Position numbers and translations under genes: made by a program
Source of the DNA: an uncultured Ignavibacteriales bacterium
GTDB lineage: Bacteria; Zixibacteria; MSB-5A5; GN15; JAAZOE01
Length of the DNA stretch: 64,000 nucleotides
Assembly: GCA_964526635.1 (NCBI GenBank)
Contig: CAZGLR010000002.1
Span: 3,912 to 67,911 of the forward strand
Direction of reading: 5' to 3'
In this document: positions 52,433 to 60,066 of the stretch, one piece after another
Numbering within the stretch: position 1 is the first letter of the stretch
Layout of the letters: each line of letters opens with the position of its first letter
The notes under the pieces: generated by a model
Told to the model about the DNA's origin: nothing
The model's database searches: none
Seen by the model: the letters and a program-made list of their open reading frames with translations, nothing else

Positions 52433-53737
52433 ATGGAAACCGAATATACATCACGACGGCCCCTCCTGATGGCCCTGCTGGCGATGCTGATTATGGTATC
52501 GCCGGCAGCTATGGCCCAGGATTTGTACTGGGGCGGATTTGTTGAAGGACTCTGGACCGGCGGCTTAAACGACAACAATCCCACCGGCCGCGATTATCCG
52601 GCCTCCGAAGTCAGGCTGCAGCTTCGGGCGGAATCTTATTCGAGCGTCGCGGAAGCATTCTCCAAAATCGATTTTGTGCAGGATGGCTTCGACTCGACCA
52701 CGTATGAAATCGAGCTGCGCGAAGCCTACATCCGCTTCCGCATTCCGATCGGACTCGATTTCAAAGTCGGTCGCCAGATTCTCACCTGGGGAACCGGTGA
52801 TTTGATCTTCATCAATGACGTCTTCGCCAAGGACTACCAGTCGTTTTTTATCGGGCGGCAGGATCAGTACCTGAAAGCCCCCCAGACCGGCATCCGCAGC
52901 GAACTTTACACTGGAATCGGGGCATTCAGCTTCGTATTTATTCCTGATTTTGAGCCGAATATACTGCCGACCGGGAATCGTTTGTCCTTTTATGATCCAA
53001 TGGAAATGACCATCGTCGGACAGGCGACCCCGGGCTATATCTATATGACACCGGTCGAACCGGGCAACAGCTTCGACAATGCCGAGCTGGCCGTTCGCTA
53101 CAAGAACCGCATTGGCGGCTTCGAACTGGCCGGCTATGCCTATCGCGGGTTTTATAAAGACCCCCGGGGCTTCGATCAGTCGATCGGCGCCTATTATCCG
53201 CGCTTGAATGTCTATGGCGCCTCGCTGCGGGGGCAGATTATCGGGGGCATCCTCTGGATCGAGGGCGGCTATTATGACTCCCGCGAGGATACCGATGGTG
53301 ACAACTATTTCATTGAAAATTCATCACTGAAGGGCCTGATCGGATTCGAACGCCAGGTGGCGACTGACTTTACCGGCAATATCCAGTTCCAAATCGAACA
53401 GATGCAGAGCTATGATGACTACGCCGCCGCCCGCTCAGCCCTGATCGATGCTGCCATGCTTCCGCCCACTGCCCCCAAGGCCGAAGAAATCCGGACACTT
53501 CTGACCTCGCGCTGGACCAAGCAGTTGATGATGCAGACTATGACGATATCGGCTTTTGGTTTTTACTCACCCTCGGATCAGGACGCCTATGTCCGTTTCT
53601 CGATTGAGTATAAATACTCCGATGAATTGTCGTTGATGGCCGGCGGAAATATCTTCGATGGCGAAGATATTCACACCCAGTTCGGCCAGTTTGATCTCAA
53701 CGATAACCTCTACGTGAAAATTAACTATGGCTTTTAG
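52433..53737 (+). CDS. Outer-membrane beta-barrel protein of unknown family
   Basis: Signal peptide ending AMAQ, amphipathic beta-strand periodicity and a C-terminal YVKINYGF (terminal Phe). gggaggg RBS. Confidence 0.6.
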   Translation: METEYTSRRPLLMALLAMLIMVSPAAMAQDLYWGGFVEGLWTGGLNDNNPTGRDYPASEVRLQLRAESYSSVAEAFSKIDFVQDGFDSTTYEIELREAYIRFRIPIGLDFKVGRQILTWGTGDLIFINDVFAKDYQSFFIGRQDQYLKAPQTGIRSELYTGIGAFSFVFIPDFEPNILPTGNRLSFYDPMEMTIVGQATPGYIYMTPVEPGNSFDNAELAVRYKNRIGGFELAGYAYRGFYKDPRGFDQSIGAYYPRLNVYGASLRGQIIGGILWIEGGYYDSREDTDGDNYFIENSSLKGLIGFERQVATDFTGNIQFQIEQMQSYDDYAAARSALIDAAMLPPTAPKAEEIRTLLTSRWTKQLMMQTMTISAFGFYSPSDQDAYVRFSIEYKYSDELSLMAGGNIFDGEDIHTQFGQFDLNDNLYVKINYGF

Positions 53738-53749
53738 GAGATACAGGCT

Positions 53750-53947
53750 ATGTCAATCGAAAACATGATTCGCGTGCTGGCCGGAACACTGGTTCTTGTC
53801 TCGCTGGTACTCGGATTGACGGTGTCCCAATACTGGTTCATCCTGACCGGTTTTGTCGGTGTCAATCTGGTGCAGTCGGCCTTTACCGGGTTTTGCCCGG
53901 CCGAAATGATCCTCAGAAAAATAACCGGCGCTAAATCCGCCGGTTAA
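53750..53947 (+). CDS. DUF2892 (YgaP C-terminal-like) small membrane protein
   Basis: 65 aa, 2 TM helices, and the VGVNLVQSAFTGFCPAEMILRKI motif characteristic of DUF2892. aggag RBS. Confidence 0.75.
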   Translation: MSIENMIRVLAGTLVLVSLVLGLTVSQYWFILTGFVGVNLVQSAFTGFCPAEMILRKITGAKSAG

Positions 53948-53981
53948 CTGTGCAACACGTTTTTCACCCTCCTATCGGTTG

Positions 53982-54007
53982 AACCCGGCGGAGTAATCCG
54001 CCGGGTT
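53982..54007. terminator. Bidirectional hairpin between convergent genes
   Basis: aacccggcgg / agtaat / ccgccgggtt forms a perfect 10-bp stem. Confidence 0.55.
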
Positions 54008-54016
54008 CTTCATCTT

Positions 54017-55183
54017 CTACACCAGGTAACTCTTCAGAAACTGCGGGAAATACAACCACAGGGCCAGGAACGCCCCCAGGGCGATATAGACAAGCTTGAA
54101 CCATCGTGGCCGCGGTGAGGCGGCAATAATCATCGCGGCGGGCAGAATCAGCAAATAATGGCGCCAGACCGATGAAAACGATATTCCGGTGGCCGGGGAA
54201 AAGAGATACAATATCACGGCAAAAACAACCAATTCCACTTTGATTCGATATGGATAAAAAAGCAGAAAAATAAGGCCATACCATAAAAACACAAAATTCG
54301 AAAGATACTGCGTATGCTGAATATCCATGTAAAAATATGGGCTGCTGAACCTGAAATGCCTTAATGAATTCCAGATTGTCACCAACGGAAATTCCCAGCT
54401 GCGCTGGAAATTTTCCTGAAGCTTCAAAAACAGGAAAAAATCATCGAATTTGAAGTAGAAATACGATGATAAAATCAACGGCCCCAGCATCAGGGGCAAT
54501 GTATACAGGGCAAAAGAGGTAACCAGCCGCCCCACCGGATGCTGCCTGCGATTTGCCCAATACTCCCGCCATGATTTGATAAGGGGGACAACGGCCAGTA
54601 ACCACGCTGTCGGATAGCACAATGATATCCAAAGGCCCAGAAGCGGCAGCAGGATCATCGTCAGGCGTGTTTCCTGGCCGTACAACAGCCACAAATAAAT
54701 ACTCATCAAGGCCAGTAACAGGGCATAGGGAAAACCAAGCAGGAAATAAAAGGCTGTCGGGAATGCCGCCAGCGCGAGGGTTGCCAACCGTGGGGATACT
54801 TCCGGCGCCACTCGCTTGACCATTTTGAAGAAAAAGATGAACCCTATGATACTGAAAATGTATGGTAGAACCAGAATCCCGATTTGATTAAATCCCGGAG
54901 AAAAAGCCGTTACCGCCAGCGGCCATCCGGGAAACCACCCGACATTGCCGCAGATGTCGCCCATCGGGTAATCTTTGCCGGGAATGCACGGCCGAACATT
55001 GTAGCCATCCTCGGCAATCGAAAGATACAATTTGATGTCCCAGACCGGCTTGAACATCATGCTGTTGTGGTAAGAGAGGGCAAGTGAAATATAAACTCCG
55101 GCCAGTATGAGAAAAATAAGAAACGGCCAGAGAAGTGACCGTGGATTGGAAAACGATGATTCTGACATGGTCTTGTTCATCAT
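54017..55183 (-). CDS. PIG-V/Mannosyl_trans2-like GT-C polytopic glycosyltransferase
   Basis: Polytopic ORF with a first-loop motif VWDIKLYLSIAEDGY...GWFPGWPL, resembling the WD..Y..IAe.GY...FFPlyP signature of PIG-V-type mannosyltransferases. ATG 55183 forms an ATGA overlap with the upstream gene stop. Confidence 0.5.
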   Translation of the reverse strand: MMNKTMSESSFSNPRSLLWPFLIFLILAGVYISLALSYHNSMMFKPVWDIKLYLSIAEDGYNVRPCIPGKDYPMGDICGNVGWFPGWPLAVTAFSPGFNQIGILVLPYIFSIIGFIFFFKMVKRVAPEVSPRLATLALAAFPTAFYFLLGFPYALLLALMSIYLWLLYGQETRLTMILLPLLGLWISLCYPTAWLLAVVPLIKSWREYWANRRQHPVGRLVTSFALYTLPLMLGPLILSSYFYFKFDDFFLFLKLQENFQRSWEFPLVTIWNSLRHFRFSSPYFYMDIQHTQYLSNFVFLWYGLIFLLFYPYRIKVELVVFAVILYLFSPATGISFSSVWRHYLLILPAAMIIAASPRPRWFKLVYIALGAFLALWLYFPQFLKSYLV

Positions 55184-55818
55184 GTCATAAATATGACGCA
55201 ATACAGAAAAATCAGCAGATAAATCGTCGCGCCCAGCCCGCGGGTGAATCTGAAAATTGGTCGGTCATCAAAACGGGGCATTGGCTGACCGCGCATGACA
55301 TGAATTAAGCGATGCGTATAGACAGCCAGCGAGAGTGCAATAAAAATGCCGGCCACCGGCAGACTGATCATGATCGCACAGAGATTATCCAGCACATAGG
55401 CGACCAGAAGAAACGCGATGGATGCAAAGGCATACTTCCCGGTAAAATTCGATGATGGTATATCCTGAATCTTGCGATGAATCAGGAAGCTTCCCAGGAC
55501 AATCAGCAGATCCCGGCCGATTACAACCACAGCCAGCCAGAGGGGAAACGCCCGGTATACTATCAGCATGACTACCAGCACCAGGGCCAGAAATTTGTCC
55601 GACAGCGGATCGAGAATCAACCCCAGGCGTGTCTGCTGATTGAGCTTGCGGGCCAGGTATCCATCGAAGTAATCGGTCATCGTCGCTGCCGCCAGGCAAA
55701 GCAGGGTATAAATCCGGTATTCCGGCCCCGGGCGGGAAAGAAATATCGCAACGGGAATCAGCAATAATAACCGTCCCAGTGTCATCAGGTTGGGCAGCTT
55801 GACGATATCGGAAAGCAT
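55180..55818 (-). CDS. CDP-alcohol phosphatidyltransferase family protein
   Basis: Signature DYFDGYLARKLNQQTRLGLILDPLSDK, i.e. D-x2-DG-x2-AR-x8-G-x3-D-x3-D. About 6 TM helices. ATG 55818 (MLSDIVKLPNLMT) is preferred over 55869. Confidence 0.85.
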   Translation of the reverse strand: MLSDIVKLPNLMTLGRLLLLIPVAIFLSRPGPEYRIYTLLCLAAATMTDYFDGYLARKLNQQTRLGLILDPLSDKFLALVLVVMLIVYRAFPLWLAVVVIGRDLLIVLGSFLIHRKIQDIPSSNFTGKYAFASIAFLLVAYVLDNLCAIMISLPVAGIFIALSLAVYTHRLIHVMRGQPMPRFDDRPIFRFTRGLGATIYLLIFLYCVIFMT

Positions 55819-55947
55819 AGCCCAAGATAGCCCGGCCGAAATTGTTATGCAAGCGGAAGGATGATTCAATTACATAAAATAAATGAGGCGGGATTGTCTT
55901 ACATCCCGCCTCTGCCAACAACGATGAGGAGCGTGAAGGGGAGATCT

Positions 55948-57618
55948 TTACGGTTCTGTCACTACCTCTTCTCCAGAGTAGACGTAGCCGACATTGGTTT
56001 GACGCCAGCCCATGCGGACGAATGTCCGCACCACCGGGGTACCCGGCGGCAGCTTGTTCGGGTCGGACAAGTCGTTATCGAAGGCCCAGTTACGGAACGG
56101 CGGACTATACTCGCTGGGATAACTGTCGCCCTTCTGGGATTCCCAGAGGTTGATCATCGAGCCGGTATAATGCAATGTATCACCTGACCATGTTTCCAGA
56201 AAATGCGGCAGGTTTTCCAGACCACCATTATAATTGCCGCCGCCGGTCTCGACATTCCCCGTGATATACGAGAAATTGGTTGTTGTCGTCGTGGCCTGAC
56301 GATCACCGGTACTAAGACTGGAATTGGCATCATCCCAGTTGTTTGATAATACCGTCAGCGCGTCGGTTATGATTGCCATCGGGACCTTGTTAACACTGTT
56401 GATATCGCCCTGGGTATATACTGGCATGTCAGTAGCCAGAGTGAAACCGTCGGTATTAGTACCAGCGCTGTTGAGAATTTCATCGGCGTTCTTCAAGCGA
56501 GTGGCATGATATCCGCTGCCATTATCGGAGGCATACATGATGCCATTGGGCGGGAAGAATGCCGTCTCCTTGAGAACACCCATATCGATATCATAGGAAA
56601 GCACATCCTGGCTTTCGCGGCGGTCACGGAATGTGACGGTATCCAGTGCGCCCAGGGTCATCAACGTGTCGGTGACGTTTATCCACGAGGCACCATTGTG
56701 GAAGAAAGCGTCACCATCCATGATTTTCAACGTGGCTTGATTCTCGAAGGAGTCATCATTGCTGCCGCCGTCGCGTTCGATGATGGAATACGGATTCATG
56801 GGATTGTCCAGCGGCAGATTCAGACGCTCCTGACCATAGGCGGCATCCTGTACACGGCCGCCCCAGCGGGCGATGGAAGAGTCGAACCAGTGCGGATCCG
56901 ACGATTCCAGCCAGCCGGATCCCTCGCGCATCGAATGGAAGTTTCCGTCAATACCCATGATATCAACATCGCCATTGGAGTCGCTCTGACCTGATCCGGG
57001 CTTACGACCATGATGAATATCCCCGAACGCCGTGAAATATGAGTCGATCTGGATACTGTTGTTCGACTGCAGATATACGTCACGATTGGAGTGAATACGG
57101 CCCAGCAGGATCATGTCGGGACCCGGCGCGATTTCGAGATCGTTTTCATAAAACACCGAAAACTGGAAGATCGGGACCAGAGCGACCTCGAAGGTCTCAG
57201 TCAGCGTCATCGATGTTCCATTGAGCACATCGATTGCCGTGGACTCCAGAACGAACTGTTTGGTGGCGCCGCTGAGTCCAGCCAGCGGGCCTTTGTTCAA
57301 CACTTTGGTTGCCGTGTCACCTTCGGTCGCGAAATACTCGACCGTGACGTGACCGACCTGAACGGTGTCGGACGGCATAACCGTCGGCGGTTTCTGCTCG
57401 GCTTCATAATATGACTGGATGGCTGCAATAGCTCGATCCAGCCCCGCCTCAGCGGCATAGAATGTCTTCATTTCCTGAAGTTCGTTGCCGGCGATGGTGA
57501 TTTCATCATTCGAGGACTGAATAATCCCCAGGCCGACAATCGTCAGCATCAAAGTCAACATCAACGCAATAAACAACGCCATACCGCGTTGACTGCGCAG
57601 GGTAGACAGTAGTTTCAT
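55948..57618 (-). CDS. Large PilX/GspK-like minor (pseudo)pilin
   Basis: From ATG 57618: MKLLSTLRSQRGMALFIALMLTLMLTIVGLGI...FYAAEAGL, a PilX_N-type N-terminus lacking Glu5. It is followed by about 480 aa of beta-rich sequence. Confidence 0.6.
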   Translation of the reverse strand: MKLLSTLRSQRGMALFIALMLTLMLTIVGLGIIQSSNDEITIAGNELQEMKTFYAAEAGLDRAIAAIQSYYEAEQKPPTVMPSDTVQVGHVTVEYFATEGDTATKVLNKGPLAGLSGATKQFVLESTAIDVLNGTSMTLTETFEVALVPIFQFSVFYENDLEIAPGPDMILLGRIHSNRDVYLQSNNSIQIDSYFTAFGDIHHGRKPGSGQSDSNGDVDIMGIDGNFHSMREGSGWLESSDPHWFDSSIARWGGRVQDAAYGQERLNLPLDNPMNPYSIIERDGGSNDDSFENQATLKIMDGDAFFHNGASWINVTDTLMTLGALDTVTFRDRRESQDVLSYDIDMGVLKETAFFPPNGIMYASDNGSGYHATRLKNADEILNSAGTNTDGFTLATDMPVYTQGDINSVNKVPMAIITDALTVLSNNWDDANSSLSTGDRQATTTTTNFSYITGNVETGGGNYNGGLENLPHFLETWSGDTLHYTGSMINLWESQKGDSYPSEYSPPFRNWAFDNDLSDPNKLPPGTPVVRTFVRMGWRQTNVGYVYSGEEVVTEP

Positions 57619-57720
57619 TGCACACCTTCCTGTCTCAGAGTGCGATTCGCCGCACCGGACGCCATTGTCGGCACCGGAAAAAGCGATATCCGAATATTTT
57701 TCTGGCCGCGTCATCATCAC

Positions 57721-58530
57721 CTAATTTCTCAAACTGACCGTTGATTCGTAAGTTTCATAGCGATACGGGTCGCCAAACTCTTCATTTTTTCGTTGCGTAC
57801 GGGCGTCAATTTTGATGCCGATACGGCGCACGTCACGGGTCAGGGCTTCAGGTACTTCGTCCATGACAAAGCCGTTTTTCAGCATAAAGGTAAACTGCAA
57901 ATCGGTAATGTCTTCACCATATACTTCCGGCGGATTATCGCCGACCTGAATCATCAGATTCGGATGAGTGGTATCGCTGTCATCAATGAAGAATTTTATC
58001 CGGTCGATTGTCATGATCTCAGATCCCGCCGGGTAGGCACGCGAGAGCGGATCGCTCATGTGCTGAATATGCGAGGCTCCTGTCTGTACTGAAGATATCT
58101 CGAAAAACTCGCCTGACTCGATATAGGGATCATAGATGTAAGCCGTTTCCATAGCCAGAAAACAGCTGACATCATTACCGGTACAATCCAACACATCGGT
58201 CGGGTTACTCATGGCGACCACCAGCGGAGCATCGCAGTTGTCATTCACCCGGTAGTAAATCACCAGTGAGTCGGGATTCTCGTCATAGGTAAATAACCCT
58301 ATCATTCCGTTGGGCAGACCATAGCCAGTCATTCGAAGCTGACGCGTCAATTCGTCAATCGATGCCCGTGCGCTCTGCTGCATTTCGATCACAGAATCCT
58401 GGATCATCCAGGATTGATGCTGGTTGATATATACTCGAAACATGGCCGCGGTGATGATTCCGGTCATAAGGAGCGCAATTAGCGTTTCCACCAGCGTCAT
58501 GCCGTACTGATTTCGTAATTTCGATTTCAT
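57721..58530 (-). CDS. PilW/GspJ-like minor pilin (prepilin-type N-terminal cleavage/methylation domain)
   Basis: N-terminal MKSKLRNQYGMTLVETLIALLMTGIITAAMF, i.e. G|MTLVE with Glu5. 269 aa. Confidence 0.7.
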   Translation of the reverse strand: MKSKLRNQYGMTLVETLIALLMTGIITAAMFRVYINQHQSWMIQDSVIEMQQSARASIDELTRQLRMTGYGLPNGMIGLFTYDENPDSLVIYYRVNDNCDAPLVVAMSNPTDVLDCTGNDVSCFLAMETAYIYDPYIESGEFFEISSVQTGASHIQHMSDPLSRAYPAGSEIMTIDRIKFFIDDSDTTHPNLMIQVGDNPPEVYGEDITDLQFTFMLKNGFVMDEVPEALTRDVRRIGIKIDARTQRKNEEFGDPYRYETYESTVSLRN

Positions 58531-58540
58531 GCCGGCCTCC

Positions 58541-58933
58541 TTACAGGGAATCAGACTTGATAAAGGTATTGATCGTATTCACATGCGACCGCTGATCCGG
58601 GCCTTCCCAGCTCGCGACCAGGTCGACCTGGCGAAGATGCGAATCGACCGACGTTACCGTCCATTCACGAATCAGGGTTCCAACCGTGTCGTTCACCGAA
58701 AGAACCGGAATCGTATCAGCGCCCGATACCGGATCAGGCTGGAAACGTAATTCCTCGAGCTTGTCCTGTAATAACTGGGTGGCCGAGGTTGTGCTCGATG
58801 CCCAGGAGTTACCCTCCAGCGCCACCACGGCCATATGCAGCAACAAGAGAAGCGAGAAGGTCATGATAACCATGGAGGTCATCACCTCCAGGAGAGTAAA
58901 CCCGTCATCTTTCCGTATCAATTTCTTCATCAT
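58541..58933 (-). CDS. PilV/GspI-like minor pilin (prepilin-type N-terminal domain)
   Basis: From ATG 58933: MMKKLIRKDDGFTLLEVMTSMVIMTFSLL, i.e. G|FTLLE. gagg RBS. Confidence 0.7.
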   Translation of the reverse strand: MMKKLIRKDDGFTLLEVMTSMVIMTFSLLLLLHMAVVALEGNSWASSTTSATQLLQDKLEELRFQPDPVSGADTIPVLSVNDTVGTLIREWTVTSVDSHLRQVDLVASWEGPDQRSHVNTINTFIKSDSL

Positions 58934-59243
58934 CAATACCTCACTGCAAAATTCCAATGGTCATCAGATCAAGAAGTATGCCAAACGCCATAGTGATCCT
59001 CTCGACTGTCACCATTCGGCCCGTTTCAGCCTGAAACACCCCGGCGTTATACCTGTAAGTCGCAGATATGCAGTTGTTTAACATCTTCAGCGGAACGCTC
59101 ATGTAAAATAGCGATACCCCTATATGTGCAATTCCTGCATAGCCGGATCAATGGTTTGAGGGGCGAAAATGGTGCTGAGATTCCGATACCTGTGGTGTTT
59201 TTCCCATACTGAGATCCATACTGTCTGGCCAACACATGGTGTT

Positions 59244-59561
59244 ATGAGCTATCAGAAACAGGAATTCCTCCTGATTATAATTGCGCTCTGTTTGTTGCAT
59301 GGTTATCCTGATTCAATGAATCAGGGAATCAACAGCGTATATGCCGAGGCGGTATTCATGCCCCAGGGTGATCGCAGCGACTGGTACGCCGTCGCACTGT
59401 ATAATAAAGTCGATTCCGATCTCGATGGTGATGATTACGAGTCGGTTACCGGCCATCTCGGCTATGTCTTGCGTACCAATATCCGGCTGTTTATCGAGGG
59501 GACCTATGATATCGAAGCCGAAGAATCGCGCGTGATGACCGGATTTGTCACGGCCTTTTAA
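59244..59561 (+). CDS. Hypothetical small secreted beta-strand protein (possibly an outer-membrane-protein remnant)
   Basis: Signal-like N-terminus (MSYQKQEFLLIIIALCLLHG) and a C-terminus ending ...VMTGFVTAF. Followed by a strong terminator. No family recognised. Confidence 0.3.
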   Translation: MSYQKQEFLLIIIALCLLHGYPDSMNQGINSVYAEAVFMPQGDRSDWYAVALYNKVDSDLDGDDYESVTGHLGYVLRTNIRLFIEGTYDIEAEESRVMTGFVTAF

Positions 59562-59583
59562 AGCGAAACGCCGTGTGAGAACC

Positions 59584-59617
59584 AACGGCGGCCGCATGTG
59601 CGACCGCCGTTTTTTTT
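59584..59617 (+). terminator. Rho-independent terminator
   Basis: aacggcgg / ccgcatgtgcga / ccgccgtt followed by T7. Confidence 0.75.
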
Positions 59618-59699
59618 ATCATTTCGCATGCGAATTTGATAGTGGCAACGCTGCCTCCGCCGATATATATAAAGAGAAGTTTATGATGGAAATTCAGGA

Positions 59700-60038
59700 A
59701 TGAAACCGGTCTCAAAACTGACGTTTGCGATCATTTATGTCGTCCTCGTGGTCGTCATCGGGACAGTCGGCTATACCATGATCGAAAAATGGCCGCTGCT
59801 TGATGCGATGTACATGACGTTCATTACACTCTCGACATTCGGCTTCAAGGAAGTTCACAATCTCTCCGAAAGAGGAGCTGGCCAGAACGGCCGGATGATT
59901 ACACGCAAACTCCCTATGCCACCTGCTAATTCTAAAAAAATAAATAACTTACACAATTTCCCGATTGTTGGCGGGAAATCGGCAGAGAAGAAAAAGCGCT
60001 TGCAAAACATATGGGTTATTCATATGTTTGTACGTTAA
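59700..60038 (+). pseudogene. Truncated K+ channel remnant (TM1 plus pore helix/filter only)
   Basis: The first ~58 aa match two-TM K+ channels (VVVIGTVGYTMIEKWPLLDAMYMTFITLSTFGFKEVHNLS). No TM2 or RCK domain follows. After about 59875 the sequence becomes AT-rich and the translation basic and non-homologous. Confidence 0.5.
60005..60029. promoter_or_regulatory. Perfect 9-bp inverted repeat AAACATATG-N7-CATATGTTT upstream of the symporter gene
   Basis: Read directly from the sequence. It lies about 38 nt upstream of ATG 60067 and is overlapped by a TTGCAA hexamer at 59999-60004. Confidence 0.35.
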
Positions 60039-60066
60039 CGTCTTATAGGAGTTGAACGGTTACATC

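Noticed and set aside
58934-59170. Possible sigma-54 promoter for the pilin operon (minus-strand TTGGAATTTTGCA).
   Set aside because: The GG and GC are only 8 nt apart, which is incompatible with a -24/-12 promoter.
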